Source of the DNA: Malacoraja senta
Lineage: Eukaryota
Direction of reading: 5' to 3'
DNA: 64,000 bases
Assembly (NCBI GenBank): GCA_038087875.1
Contig: JAXLNO010000913.1
Coordinates: 62,001 to 126,000 of the forward strand
Shown here piece by piece: positions 14,136-26,011 of this stretch (its first letter is position 1; every line of letters starts with the position of its first letter). The translations under genes were made by a program, and so were the position numbers. The notes beneath the pieces were generated by a model, which was not told where the DNA came from, ran no database searches, and saw only the letters and a list, made by a program, of their open reading frames with translations.

Positions 14136-14931
14136 TTAGATTAGATTAGATTAGATTAGATTAGATTTCTTTATTTGTCATTCAGACCTTTCGGTCTGAA
14201 CAAAATTTCGTTGCATGCAGTCATACATATAATAATAAATAACAAAACACACAATAAACAAAAATTAACATCCACCACAGTGAGTTCACCAGGCACCTCC
14301 TCACTGTGATGGAGGCAAAAGTCTTAAAGTCTCTGTCTCTTCCCTCTTTGTTCTCCCTCTGCATTGAGGCGATCCAGGCTTCTGATGTTGCGACCCCGCC
14401 GGGTGATGGTAAGTTAGTCCCGCGGCTGAATCCGTGCTCCGCGACGGGCCAGTTCAAACTCCGCGGCCCGGGGTGGCCGAAGCTGCCGAAGCTGCCGCCC
14501 TCCAGTCCAGCGGACGCAGCAGTAGTTGCGGGAGCTCCAGAAAAACAGGTCACCCACCTGTGACCTGCGAGCTCCCGACGATGTCGTCCACTGGGCCAGC
14601 CGGGGCCGAGCCCCGGATTCAGGTCGCCACCAGTGTCTTTGGTTGCCACCGCCGGAATGCCGGAACGCCACCGCAGCCCCGAAGTTGGCCAGCCTCGCGT
14701 TGGTAAGTCCTGGCTCTGCCTCCGGAGCCTCGAGGTCGGTCGCAGTTGGAGGCCACCATTAGGCCTCAGCGCAGAGAAGGGGGATACAAGAAAAAGTCGC
14801 ATTCCCCCGAAGGAAGAGACAAAAATCATGTTTCACCTCCCCCCCACACACACATACACAACCCAATAAATAAAAATGAAACTAAAACAGGACAAAAGGA
14901 AAAAAAAAAAAGTAAAAACAGACGGACTTCC
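14136..14931 (-). mobile_element. Non-autonomous retroelement (Rex/L2-like 3' end) with GC-rich body and (TCTAA)n tail
   Basis: (ttaga)n at 14136-14166; 3' hairpin attcagacctttcggtctgaa; interrupts the host CR1 at ...YMDF|SEAFDK. Confidence 0.6.
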
Positions 14932-15235
14932 GTCAGTGAAGCATTCGACAAGTTTCCTCATGGTAGGTTGCTCTGGAAGGTTAGATTGCATGGGATCCAA
15001 CAAGAGATAGCTGAATATATAGAAAATTGGCTTCGTGGAGAAAACAGAGGGTGATGGTGGATGGTTGCTGCTCGGACTGGAGGTCTGTGACTAGTGGTGT
15101 GCCTCAGGGTTCGGTGCTGGGCCGGTTACTGTTTGTCATCTATACCAATGATTTGGATGAGAACATACATGGCAAAATTTGCAAGTTTGCAGATGGTACA
15201 AAAATGGGTGATTTTGCAGATAGTGAAGATGGTTG

Positions 15236-17777
15236 CACTTGACGGGTTGCACTTGAACCCGAGGGGGACCAATATCCTGGCGGGGAGATTTGCAAAGGCT
15301 ACTGGGGAGACTTTAAACTAGAACGGTTGGGGGGAGGGACTCAAATAGAGAAAGCTAGTAGACAGTGTGTGAGGCAGGTGGCAGAGAAGGGAAGCACTCA
15401 TAACCAACATGTAGGGGGGGAAGAAGAAAAAGATAATAAACAGAGAATAAGAGGTGGTGGGTTTCTTAAATGTGTGAGCAGAGAGGCAGAGGGGTGTAAA
15501 ATGATTAGAATGTAGAGTGACATAATTAATAAGTTCTTCATTAGGATGTAGAGTGACATAATTAATTCAGAAACGAGGGTTCTGAACTTAAAGAAAGGTA
15601 ACTTTGAGGGTATGAGACGTGAATTGGCCAAGATAGACTGGCAATTGATTCTTAAAAGGTTGATGGTGGATATCCAATGGAAGGCATTTAAAGGCTGCAT
15701 GGATGAACTACAACAATTGTTCATCCCAGTTTGGCAAAAGAATAAATCAGGGAAGGTTGTGCATCCAAGGATAACAAGGGAAATCAGGGATAGTACCAAA
15801 ACAAAAGATGAAGCATACAAATTAGCCAAAAAAAGCAGCCTACCAGAGGACTGGGAGAAATTCAGAGTCCAGCAGAGGAGGACAAAGGGCTTAATTAGGG
15901 CAGGGAACATAAAAACTGACTGCAAAAGTTTTTATAGATATGTGAAGAGAAAAAGATTAGTTAAAACAAATGTAGGTTCCTTGCAGTCAGAAACAGGTGA
16001 ATTGATCATGGGGAACAAGGACATGGCAGACCAATTGAATAACTACTTTGGTTCTGTCTTCACTAAGGAAGACTTAATTAATCTGCCGGAAATAGCAGGG
16101 GATCGGGTGTCAAATAAGATGGAGGAACTGAGTGAAATCCAGGTTAGCTGGGAAGTGGTGTTAGGTAAATTGAATGGATTAAAGGCCGATAAATCCCCAG
16201 GGCCAGATAGGCTGCATCCCAGAGTACTTAAGGAAGTAACCCCAGAAACAGTGGATGCATTAGTGATGATTTTTCAAAACTCGTTAGATTCTGGAGTAGT
16301 TCCTGAGGATTGGAGGGTAGCTAATATAACCCCACTTTTTAAAAAGGCACGGACAGAGAAAACGGGGAATTACAGACCAGTTAGTCTAACATCGGTAGTG
16401 GGGAAACTGCTAGAGTCAGTTATTAAAGATGGGATAGCAGCACATTTGGAAAATGGTGAAATCATTGGACAAAGTCAGCATGGATTTATAAAAGGTAAAT
16501 CATGTCTGACGACTCTTATAGAACTTTTCGAGGATGTAACTAGTAGAGCGGATAAAGGAGAAGCAGTGGATGTGTTATATCTGGACTTTCAGAAGGCTTT
16601 AGACAAGGTCCCACATAAGAGATTAGTATACAAACTTAAAGCACACGGTATTGGGGGTTCAGTATTGAAGTGGATAGAGAACTGGCTGGCAGACAGGAAG
16701 CAAAGTGTAGGAGTTAACGGGTCCTTTTCAGAATTGCAGGCAGTGACTAGTGGGGTACAGCAAGGCTCAGTGCTGGGACCCCAGCTATTTACAATATATA
16801 TTAATGATTTGGATGAGGGAATTGAATGCAACATCTCCAAGTTTGTGGATGACACGAAGCTGGGGGTCAGTGTTAGCTGTGAGGAGGGTGCTAGGAGGCT
16901 GCAAGATGACTTGGATAGGCTGGGTGAGTGGGCAAATGCATGGCAGATGCAGTATAATGTGGATAAATGTGAGGTTATCCACTTTGGTGGCAAAAACAGG
17001 AAAGTAGACTATTACCTGAATGGTGGCCGATTAGGAAAAGGGGAGATGCAACGAGACCTGGGTGTCATGGTACACCAGTCATTGAAAGTAGGCATGCAGG
17101 TGCAGCAGGCAGTGAAGAAAGCGAATGGTATATTAGCATTCATAGCAAAAGGATTTGAGTATAGGAGCAGGGAGGTTCTACTGCAGTTGTACAGCGTCTT
17201 GGTGAGACCACACCTGGGGTATTGCGTACAGTTTTGGTCTCCTAATCTGAGGAAGGACATTCTTGCCATAGAGGGAGTACAGAGAACGTTCACCAGACTG
17301 ATTCCTGGGATGTCAGGACTTTCATATGAAGAAAGACTGGATAGACTCGGCTTGTACTCGCTAGAATTTAGAAGATTGAGGGGGGATCTTATAGAAACTC
17401 ACAAAATTCTTAAGGGGTTGGACAGGCTAGATGCAGGAAGATTGTTCCCGATGTTGGGGAAGTCCAGAACAAAGGGTCACAGTTTAAGGATAAAGGGGAA
17501 ATCTTTTAGGACTGAGATGAGAAAAACATTTTTTACACGGAGAGTGGTGAATCTCTGGAATTCTCTGCCACAGAATGTAGTTGAGGCCAGTTCATTGGCT
17601 ATATTTAAGAGGGAGTTAGATGTGGCCCTTGTGGCTAAAGGGATCAGGGGGTATAGAGAGAAAGCAGATACAGGATACTGAGTTGGATGATCAGCCATGA
17701 TCATATTGAATGGTGGTGCAGGCTGGAAGGGCCGAATGGCCAACTCCTGCACCTATTTTCTATGTTTCTATGCTTCT
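15236..17777 (+). mobile_element. Young CR1 LINE with internal deletion of the endonuclease
   Basis: ORF1 C-terminus (DGLHLNPRGTNILAGRF), then ORF2 start FLKCV joined to post-EN sequence; (ttctatg)n tail; TSD atggttg at 15229-15235 and 17778-17784. Confidence 0.88.
15612..17681 (+). CDS. CR1 reverse transcriptase ORF (689 aa, lacks EN)
   Basis: Uninterrupted ORF with KSPGPD, GNYRPVSLTS, QHGF, YLDFQKALDKV, GVQQGSVLGP, FVDD (catalytic YADD position) and CR1 C-terminus. Confidence 0.85.
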   Translation: MRRELAKIDWQLILKRLMVDIQWKAFKGCMDELQQLFIPVWQKNKSGKVVHPRITREIRDSTKTKDEAYKLAKKSSLPEDWEKFRVQQRRTKGLIRAGNIKTDCKSFYRYVKRKRLVKTNVGSLQSETGELIMGNKDMADQLNNYFGSVFTKEDLINLPEIAGDRVSNKMEELSEIQVSWEVVLGKLNGLKADKSPGPDRLHPRVLKEVTPETVDALVMIFQNSLDSGVVPEDWRVANITPLFKKARTEKTGNYRPVSLTSVVGKLLESVIKDGIAAHLENGEIIGQSQHGFIKGKSCLTTLIELFEDVTSRADKGEAVDVLYLDFQKALDKVPHKRLVYKLKAHGIGGSVLKWIENWLADRKQSVGVNGSFSELQAVTSGVQQGSVLGPQLFTIYINDLDEGIECNISKFVDDTKLGVSVSCEEGARRLQDDLDRLGEWANAWQMQYNVDKCEVIHFGGKNRKVDYYLNGGRLGKGEMQRDLGVMVHQSLKVGMQVQQAVKKANGILAFIAKGFEYRSREVLLQLYSVLVRPHLGYCVQFWSPNLRKDILAIEGVQRTFTRLIPGMSGLSYEERLDRLGLYSLEFRRLRGDLIETHKILKGLDRLDAGRLFPMLGKSRTKGHSLRIKGKSFRTEMRKTFFTRRVVNLWNSLPQNVVEASSLAIFKRELDVALVAKGIRGYREKADTGY

Positions 17778-20700
17778 ATGGTTGTGAAAAATTGCAGCAG
17801 GATCTTGATCAATTGGCCAACTGGTCTGAGGAATGGTTGATGGAATTTAATGCAGAAAAATGTGAGGAGTTGCATTTTGAGAAGTCTAACATGGGCAGGA
17901 CCTACACAATGAATGGTAGGGCTCTGGGTAGTGTTGTAGACCAGAGGTACTTAGGAGTGCAGATGCATAGTTCCCTGAAGGTGGTCACAGGTAGATCGGG
18001 TGGTCAAAAATCTTTTGGCACACTTGCCTTCATCAGCCAGTGTATTGAGTATAGAGTGTGTAGGAAAGAACTGCAGATGCTGGTTTAATTCGAAGGTAGA
18101 CACAAAATGCTGGAGTAACTCAGCGGGTCAGGCAGAATCTCTGGAGAGAAGGAATGGGTGACATGTCGGGTTTAGACAAGTATAGTGGTTGGGAGGTCAT
18201 GTTGCAGTTGTATAAGACATTGGTGAGGCCACATTTAGAGTATTGTGTTCAGTTCTGGGCACTGTGTTATAGGAAAGATGTTGTCAAGCTGGAAAGCATA
18301 CAGAGAAGATTCATGAGGATGTTGACAGGACTAGAGGGTCTGAGCTATAGGGGGAGGTTGAATAGGTTGGGACTTCAAAACGCAGTAGAATGAGGGATGA
18401 TCTAATAGTGTATAAGATCATGAGAGGAATAGATCGGGTAGATGCACAGAATCTCTTGACCAGAGTAGGTGAATCGAGGACCAGATGACATAGGTTTATC
18501 GTGAATGGGAAAAGATTTAATAGGAATCTGAGGAGTACCTTTTTCACACAAAGGGTATATGGAACAAGCTTCCAGGAGGAAGTAGTTGAGGCAGGGACCA
18601 ATATTTAAGATGCAGTTATAGACAGGTATATGGTAGGACAGGGTTGGAGGGATATGGACCAAATGCTGGCAGGTGGGACTAGTGCAGCTGGGACATGTTG
18701 GCCTGTGTGGGCAAGTTGGGCCGAAGGGCCTGTTTCCACAATGTTTCACAGTCATACTCTCTATGATTAACTTCTATTGTTTGTTATATTTATAAATGAT
18801 GGACGAAAGTGAACTATTCCCCTCATGATCTTATTCACCTCTATAAGATCACCACTCAGCCTCCTGCATTCTCTGGATTAAAGTCCTAACTTGCCCAACC
18901 ACTCCCTCAGGCCCTTGAGTCCTTGCAATATCCTCATAAATATTCTCCATATTCTTCCCAACTTAATGACTTCCTTCCTATTGCAAAACTGGACACAGTG
19001 CTCTAAATGTGGCCTCACTGATGTCCTGTACAATTGTAACAGACCATCCCAACCTCTCTACTCACTATCCTGACTGATGATGGACAAGACTGCAGATAGC
19101 ATAAAAAGCGGCAAAGTTGTAGATGGTGAGGAAGATTGTGAGGAGGATTCATCGGGATATATTCCAGTTGGAAATGCAAGCAGAAAAATGATGGATGAAG
19201 TTTAATCTGGGCAACTGTGAGATGTGGCATTTAAAAATACTCATCCTCTTGGAGTGCTGAGGTCTCTGGCCATGTAATGGGTCACGACGCACCCTGGACA
19301 AGTTCACAAATGTTGTGACTTGTCACATTAGTCACTCGGAGGTACTGAATTTGGAGATATGAAGGACATCAACGTCTTAGCCAGATTTGTTCATCAATAA
19401 TTGGGGTTTTGGTACTCAAGAGTCAACCTTCACAACATAAATTTTGGAAGTCTGGTATCTCTGACCTCAGAAGCTTTGAGTCTGAAGAAGGGTCTCGACC
19501 CAAAACATTGCCCATTCCTTCTCTCCAGAGATGCTGCTTCACCCACTGAGTTACTCCAGCATTTTGTGTCTTCCTACAGTTTCAGCATCTCCAAATGTTG
19601 CAGTTCACGAGTCTCAACAAGTGTGGCATGAAATTCAGGTCTGAGCAACAGCGTGTTTACTATTAGTTTTCACTTTACACCATCTCTTCTGCCTGAGCTC
19701 AGCTGTTACTGAAACTTTCATTCATACCATTGTTATTTCCAAAATGACCATCTTCAATGATTCAAGACCACTTCAAACCGGGGTCCTGCTTTTCGCTTTC
19801 TAAATGTTTTGCGTATTCAAAACCTCTGCTGCCCATACTTTCTCATCCATTATTCCTATGAAGTTAGAAACATTGGGCTTGCTGACTCATAAAAAGATAC
19901 AAGGGGCAGACTCAAAACCATGAATGATCTTTGTCCTTGCTAATCTAATTCTCTCATTCTCATTTTTTTTTAAACTACCTAAAGGCTCACCCAGTTCATC
20001 AAATTTTTAATCACTACCTTAATATTGTCATTTCTGAACTGAAGTCATTCGTTCAAATCATGGATTGATATTGCATGGATACAGGCATCCTGACTGTTGT
20101 GTACATGTCAGCTACATGAACCATCCAGATGAATTACTTTGTCCCAGCAGATTTGTACTAACTGCACTTAGCGGCATGGTCTGTGGTTTTCTATTCAAGG
20201 TGATTCAAATGCTTCTCCATATATTTCCTAAATGTTTAGAGAGGATTTGCTTCCATTATCCACTTGGGCAGTGCGTTCGAGATTTCAACCACTCTCTGGG
20301 TGTAAATAATTCTTCCTTAGATCCACATTTCTTCCTTGGCATGTATGTGTAAATAGACTGTCCTACTGTCATGGCACAATGGAAATAACATGACGTGTGA
20401 TCACATGCACCAAATTTATTTTTAATAAAATTTTCCACTGCCAAGTTTCCAATGGTTATACAGATTTGAGATTTTAATTTTTATACGAAAACAAGCTAAA
20501 AAAATGTCAAACACACTTTAACGAGGCACTCATAGAAACATTTATCTGATAATGCTGCATGTATGATTTTCTTAACTTATTCTCATAATTCAATTTACAC
20601 TGGTTTCAATTTGTTTTAAAAGTAATCAATCTTGTCCTTTCTCAATTAAATTCAGACCTTTGCATCAGCACATGTGCGTTTCCGTAAATACAGCACTCAA

Positions 20701-22220
20701 TAGGGAAACTGAAGCTCTTCAAACTTCCAGGTTATTTTCCTGTTTTTAATGTAATATTCCCACTGTTTCATATCCTGTAAGTAGCATACAGTAAATCATC
20801 GTCTATGGCCAAAATAATGAGATGAAGCAAAAATAATGAAATCTGTTTTTACAAAAAAAAAAATCAGATATGTCTCTGTGTTTTCTTGCCTTGTTTTGTG
20901 ACATTTTTCAAGCAGGATTTCATCAAATCCTAAGGCTAATTTATACCAGAAAGATTACATTAATTTTGCAATTAAATAACTCTATATAAGCCAAATTCTG
21001 ATTATGCTTATGATTTTTTAATCATTTATCACCCGATTAGATGGCCCAAGTTTGTGCAGCACAACGTGAGTAGCCGTGTCCTTTTGGTCACGTGTGAAAT
21101 GTGTGAATTAAAAGCAGAGTAACCTGCTTTTTTTATTTTTTAATCGTTTTTTATTTATTGTTTCTCTTTTTATTGTTTATATTTTGTGTTGAAGCTTTCC
21201 ATTGAAATACGTAATAATGAATAGAACTTAAAATCATGAAATAAAAATCTAGTTTGCTCACCTATTTTATTGATCTCATTTTCCCTCCAGTTTTTGACAT
21301 CGTCAATGTTATAACGTTTTTTTTTGCACTCGTCGCAATTTATAAAAAATTCAAAAAAACGCAGCTGTAATGACTGACCTGAACTATGGGCCTTGTGGTG
21401 GGTTATGTGCCGACAGTTTGTAAGGGAGCTTAGAAATCAGAATAAGAGACAATGTCCCAGTGGTCATGTTGTGCTCTGAATAACATTGTGTTCACTTTTT
21501 TTTGCTTGGAATCATTGGTTAGTAAAAATCGTTTTGCACTTTTTCATTCTTTTCTCATAAATGTTGCTTCTTGTTTACTATAGAAATGTTTGAATTCCGT
21601 TAAACTTTAATTGCTTGTTGCTATGTTGTTGCAAAGTGTGTGCACTGGAGCGAAAGGAATCGAAAGATCCAGATTACGCCATGTCTCGTTGAAAGTATGC
21701 TCCTGTCTACACAGATGCTTTTGGTTCCAGGCAAATTTCGAGTAACTTAACATCGAATTTGATGAAAGGTTACTATATTCTTTCTCATTTATGTATATAT
21801 ATTTTTTTAATTTTGATATATAATTTCCTGTAGCAATGTTTTACAATAATGATCTTTGTAATACATTCAAAGAAATTGTTCGATAAAATTAGCACAAATT
21901 AACAATACATGTATCGAATCTCAAAACTTCAGACATAAAGGCACTGAGCTGATTATCATCTAGTTGAGAACTGAGTGGTAGTTCACCGAAAATATTGGTG
22001 AAACTCGTACCCACCCCTTCCCAGCAAAGTTTGGACTGATGCCATATTTTGAGAGCCCTTCATATAGATCACGCAGGTCCCTTTAGAAAACAGAAGGGGG
22101 GAATTGGGAATGCTTATTCACAGAAAGCAACTGTGCACTGTGCCAAAGGGGGACTCCCGCGCAATAGTTGAACACCAGACAGAAGGCGTACTACACAAAT
22201 ACAATCCTTCAGAATCATCT

Positions 22221-22371
22221 CTGGAGAGAAGGAATGGGTGACGCTTCGGATCGACACCCACTCGAAACGTCACCCATTCTTTCTCTCCAAAGATGCAGCC
22301 TGTCCTGCTGAGTTACTCCAACATTTTGTGTCTACCTTTGATTTAAAGCAGCACCTGCAGTTCTTTCCAAA
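22221..22371. mobile_element. Penelope terminal-repeat-derived hairpin element
   Basis: Inverted repeat halves flanked by a 20-bp direct repeat acaatccttcagaatcatct (22201-22220, 22372-22391). Confidence 0.7.
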
Positions 22372-23037
22372 ACAATCCTTCAGAATCATCTGTTTTTCCC
22401 ATTTTTCTTAATTTCTTTAACAAAATAGCAATATGTCTACAATATTTGGAAAAGTACATGGGTCGAAAACCTCTAGACGAATAGGAGTCTAGTGGGAAAG
22501 TCGAGGACCAGAGGAAGTAGCCTCAGAATTAAAGGACATTCCATTTGGAATTCATTGCCACAGAAGGCAGTGGAGGCCAAGTCAATAGATATTTTTTAAG
22601 GCAGAGATAGATAGATTCATGATTAGTACCGATGTCAGGGATTATGGGGAGAAGGCAGGAGAATGGGTTAAAAGGTATAGATAGATCAGCCATGATTGAA
22701 TGGGGGAGTAGACTTGATGGGCTGAATTGCCTAATTCTGCTCTTATCACATGAATTTATGTCAAATGCAGGCAAATGGTATTAGTTTAAAGAAGCATATG
22801 ATTGGAACGGACAAATTGGACCAAAGGCCTGTTTCCATGCTGATTTGAGATTTTTATTATTTTTTCCCTGCTATTTTAAATGATACCTTTTATGTTTTTG
22901 CTATTGGATCCAACCTGGTATCCTACTTTTAAGCATTATCTAAAGGTAGAATGAGCCTTGAAACAGGTTATATGGGATTGTTCACACACTTTGATGTGAC
23001 AGGGAACGTCAGGACACGAGCAAGGCACTCAACTATA

Positions 23038-24170
23038 TCAAGTCAAGTCAAGTTTATTCGTCACATACACATACGAGATGTGCAGTGAAATGAAAAGTGG
23101 CAATGCTCGTGGATTGTGCAAAACAAACTACAAACAGAATGGAACAGAATCACATATTCACATATTACATATTTGTGGGAGGAAAGAAAAAGGAAAGAAA
23201 CAGCAATTTAAAAAAAACAGTGAAATGGTCCAGTAAAGTTAGTCCCTGGTGAGATAGGAGTTTACAGTCCTAATGGCCTCTGGGAAGAAACTCCTTCTCA
23301 TCCTTTCCGTTCTCACAGCATGGCAACGGAGGCGTTTGCCTGACTGTAGCAGCTGGAACAGTCCGTTGCTGGGGTGGAAGAGGTCTCCCATGATCTTGTT
23401 TGCTCTGGAGTTGCACCTTCTGATGTATAGTTCCTGCAGGGGGGCGAGTGTAGTTCCCATAGTGCGTTCGGCCGAACGCACTACTCTCTGCAGAGCCTTC
23501 TTGTCCTGGGCAGAGCAGTTCCCAAACCAAATCGTGATATTTCCGGAAAAGATGCTTTCCACAGCCGCTGAGTAGAAGCACTGGAGGAACCTCAGAGACA
23601 CTCTGAATTTCCTCAATTGCCTGAGGTGGTAAAGGCGCTGCCTTGCCTTACTCACGAGTCCTGCAGCGTGTGATGTCCATGTCATATCCTCAGAGATGTG
23701 GACTCCCAGGTATTTAAAGCAGCTCACCCTATCCACAGTTTCCCCATTTATCCTCAATGGTGTGGACGTCCTCGGATGTTGTGCCCTCCTAAAGTCGACG
23801 ATCAGCTCCTTAGTTTTTTTGATGTTCAAGAGGAGGCTGTTGTCCTGACACCAGAGTGCCAGATCAGCCACCTTCTCCCGGTAGGCCTTCTCATCGTTAT
23901 CTGATATCAGGCCCACCACCACAATGTCATCAGCAAACTTGATTATTGAGTTGGAGCTGAACCTAGCCACACAGTCATGTGTGTACAGGGAGTATAGTAG
24001 GGGGCTGAGGACGCAACCCTGGGGGGGGTCCTGTGCTCAGGGTGAGGGACTTCGATGTATTTCCCCCCATCTTGACTACCTGGGGCCTGGTGGTGAGAAA
24101 GTCCAGGACCCAGGCACACAGGGGGGTGTTGAGCCCCAATGCCAGCAGCTTCTCGGCCAGTCTGGTGGGG
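23038..24170 (-). mobile_element. Rex-Babar-type LINE, 5'-truncated RT plus DUF1891 region
   Basis: STG.PQGCVLSPLLY (frameshift), IIKFADD, LNIKKTKELIVDFR, KYLGVHI, ARQRLYHLRQL; (CTTGA)n tail. Confidence 0.85.
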
Positions 24171-24339
24171 ACTGAAATATAGGCTGAAATATACGATTGT
24201 GTAAATATAGCTTTTGTGTGATTTACTTGTGGTCCAACTTTCTTTAAAAAATTGCCTTCAGCCTCCAAATGTTGTGAGAAAATAGCAAGATCAACCTGAC
24301 TCCCATCTGATACTTTCTTATCAGTCTCTTCCATGCCCA

Positions 24340-25415
24340 CTTCCCAAAAATACAGAATGCATACAGGTACAGGAAGCCAAGAAACTGCATGTATATGGAA
24401 TGAGCTGCCAGAGGAATTGGAAAACAATTAAGATACTTAAAAGACACTTGCACAAATACACAGATGAAGAAGCGCCTCAACCTAAAATGTCACTTGAAGC
24501 CCCATTAACAATCATCCAAAGCAAAAGAAAACTAAACTATTTTAGTTTTGGAAGAGTCAGCATGGCTTCATGAAGAAGATATTGTGTCTTAAAAACATAT
24601 CAGACTTTTCTGAGAGCTTTCAACCAAAGTGGGTAGAGGGACCAGTAAATCTATTTGCACTTTCAGAATGCTTTTGACAAAGTGCCTCACAAAGGTAAAG
24701 GCAGAACATAAGAGCCCCTGGTATTGCATGTATGTTTTGGCATCAATAGAGGGTTGGCTAACAGGTAGGAAGCAATGAGTAAGAGATGAAGGTCATTTTC
24801 AGGTTGGCAAACTCTGACCAGTGGTCTACCTCTGAGATCATTGCTGGAACTGCAATATGTGCAACATATGGTAATGACCTGAAAGAAGTAAATGTACAAG
24901 AGCCAAATTTGAGGATGATACAAAAATGGGTTGGAAGACAAGCTGGGAAGCAGATACAAACTACTTATGGATAGATGTTGTTAAATAAAGTAAGTGAGCA
25001 ACTAATTGGTAGATCGTCTATTACATGAGAACATGTAATGGAGGCATGGTGTGGTTGTCCTATGAAGAAAGGTAAAAGAAGTTGAGACTATTCATAGGAT
25101 TCGAAAAGAAAGAGAGTCAATCATTTGAAATATAAGCTTCTTGGAGGGCTGAGAGGCCATCATCTGAGAATAAGATGTCCATTTTAAACAGAGATAAGGA
25201 AGAATTTCTTCTCTCAGAAAGTTGCTAATCTTTTGAATGGGCAGAATCATTGGTTACAATAAAGAGTAAGATAGAAAGATTTTTAAACTGGGGGAATCAA
25301 GAGTTATGGAGAGAGCGCAGGAATGTGGACTTGAGGAATCTTGGATTAGTCATTGTCCTATTGAAGGGTGGAATAGGCTTGAGGGGTGAATGGCCTGTAC
25401 TTGTTTCCACTTATG
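24340..25415 (+). mobile_element. Old, heavily decayed CR1 remnants
   Basis: cagcatggcttc (QHGF), cagaatgcttttgacaaagtgcc (QNAFDKVP), and CR1 3'UTR-like sequence. Confidence 0.55.
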
Positions 25416-25448
25416 GTCTGAACAAAAACAAGATCTACAGGACACTAA

Positions 25449-26011
25449 CGGGGCTGTCCCACTTGGGCGACCTAATCCACGAGTTCTGGCGAGTTTGCCC
25501 TCGACTCATACTCGCAGCATGGTCGACACGAGGTCCTAGGAGGCCTTTGTAACCCTCCTTCATGCTCGAGAGTATTCCCCATGTACTCGGGGCCTCAGCT
25601 AGGTTGTGGCGTATTTATCAACATGTTGAAAAATGCCCGCGAGTAAAATAAGGTCGCCATGGAAAAAATCGATACTTTTTTTACTCGTAGGTTTGGTCGT
25701 AGTAGGTCGGCATGTTAGTCGTAGGTAATCTAGGGTAGTCGAAGGTAGTCATAGCTAGTCTTCATCATAGTCGAAGGGAGGTCAAAGGGAGATCGAAGGA
25801 GGTCGTCTTCACTCTCCACTATTCGGTGTCCAATTTTCCCGAAGTTAGTCGTAGCTACTCGTAGCTAGATGAAGCTAGTCTTCAACATAGTCGAAGGAGG
25901 TCGAAGGAGGTCTTCTACATAGTCGAAGAAGGTCTTCAACATGACATTTTTTCAAACTCTGCTAAACTCTTCTAAACTCGCCAATTAGGTCGCCGCAGTG
26001 GGACAGCCCCT
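25449..26011. mobile_element. PIF/Harbinger-type MITE
   Basis: TIR ggggctgtcccact...ggcgacctaat; TAA TSD at 25446-48 and 26012-14; internal gtcgaagg/gtcgtag repeats. Confidence 0.85.

Larger units (their letters stand above)
11529..18765 (+). mobile_element. Host CR1 LINE ORF2 (decayed) split by four nested insertions
   Basis: Collinear CR1 pieces 11529-12027, 13449-14135, 14932-15235, 17778-18055 and 18176-18765 running from the end of EN (VGNFNFP) through RT (KFADG) to the 3'UTR. Confidence 0.8.
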
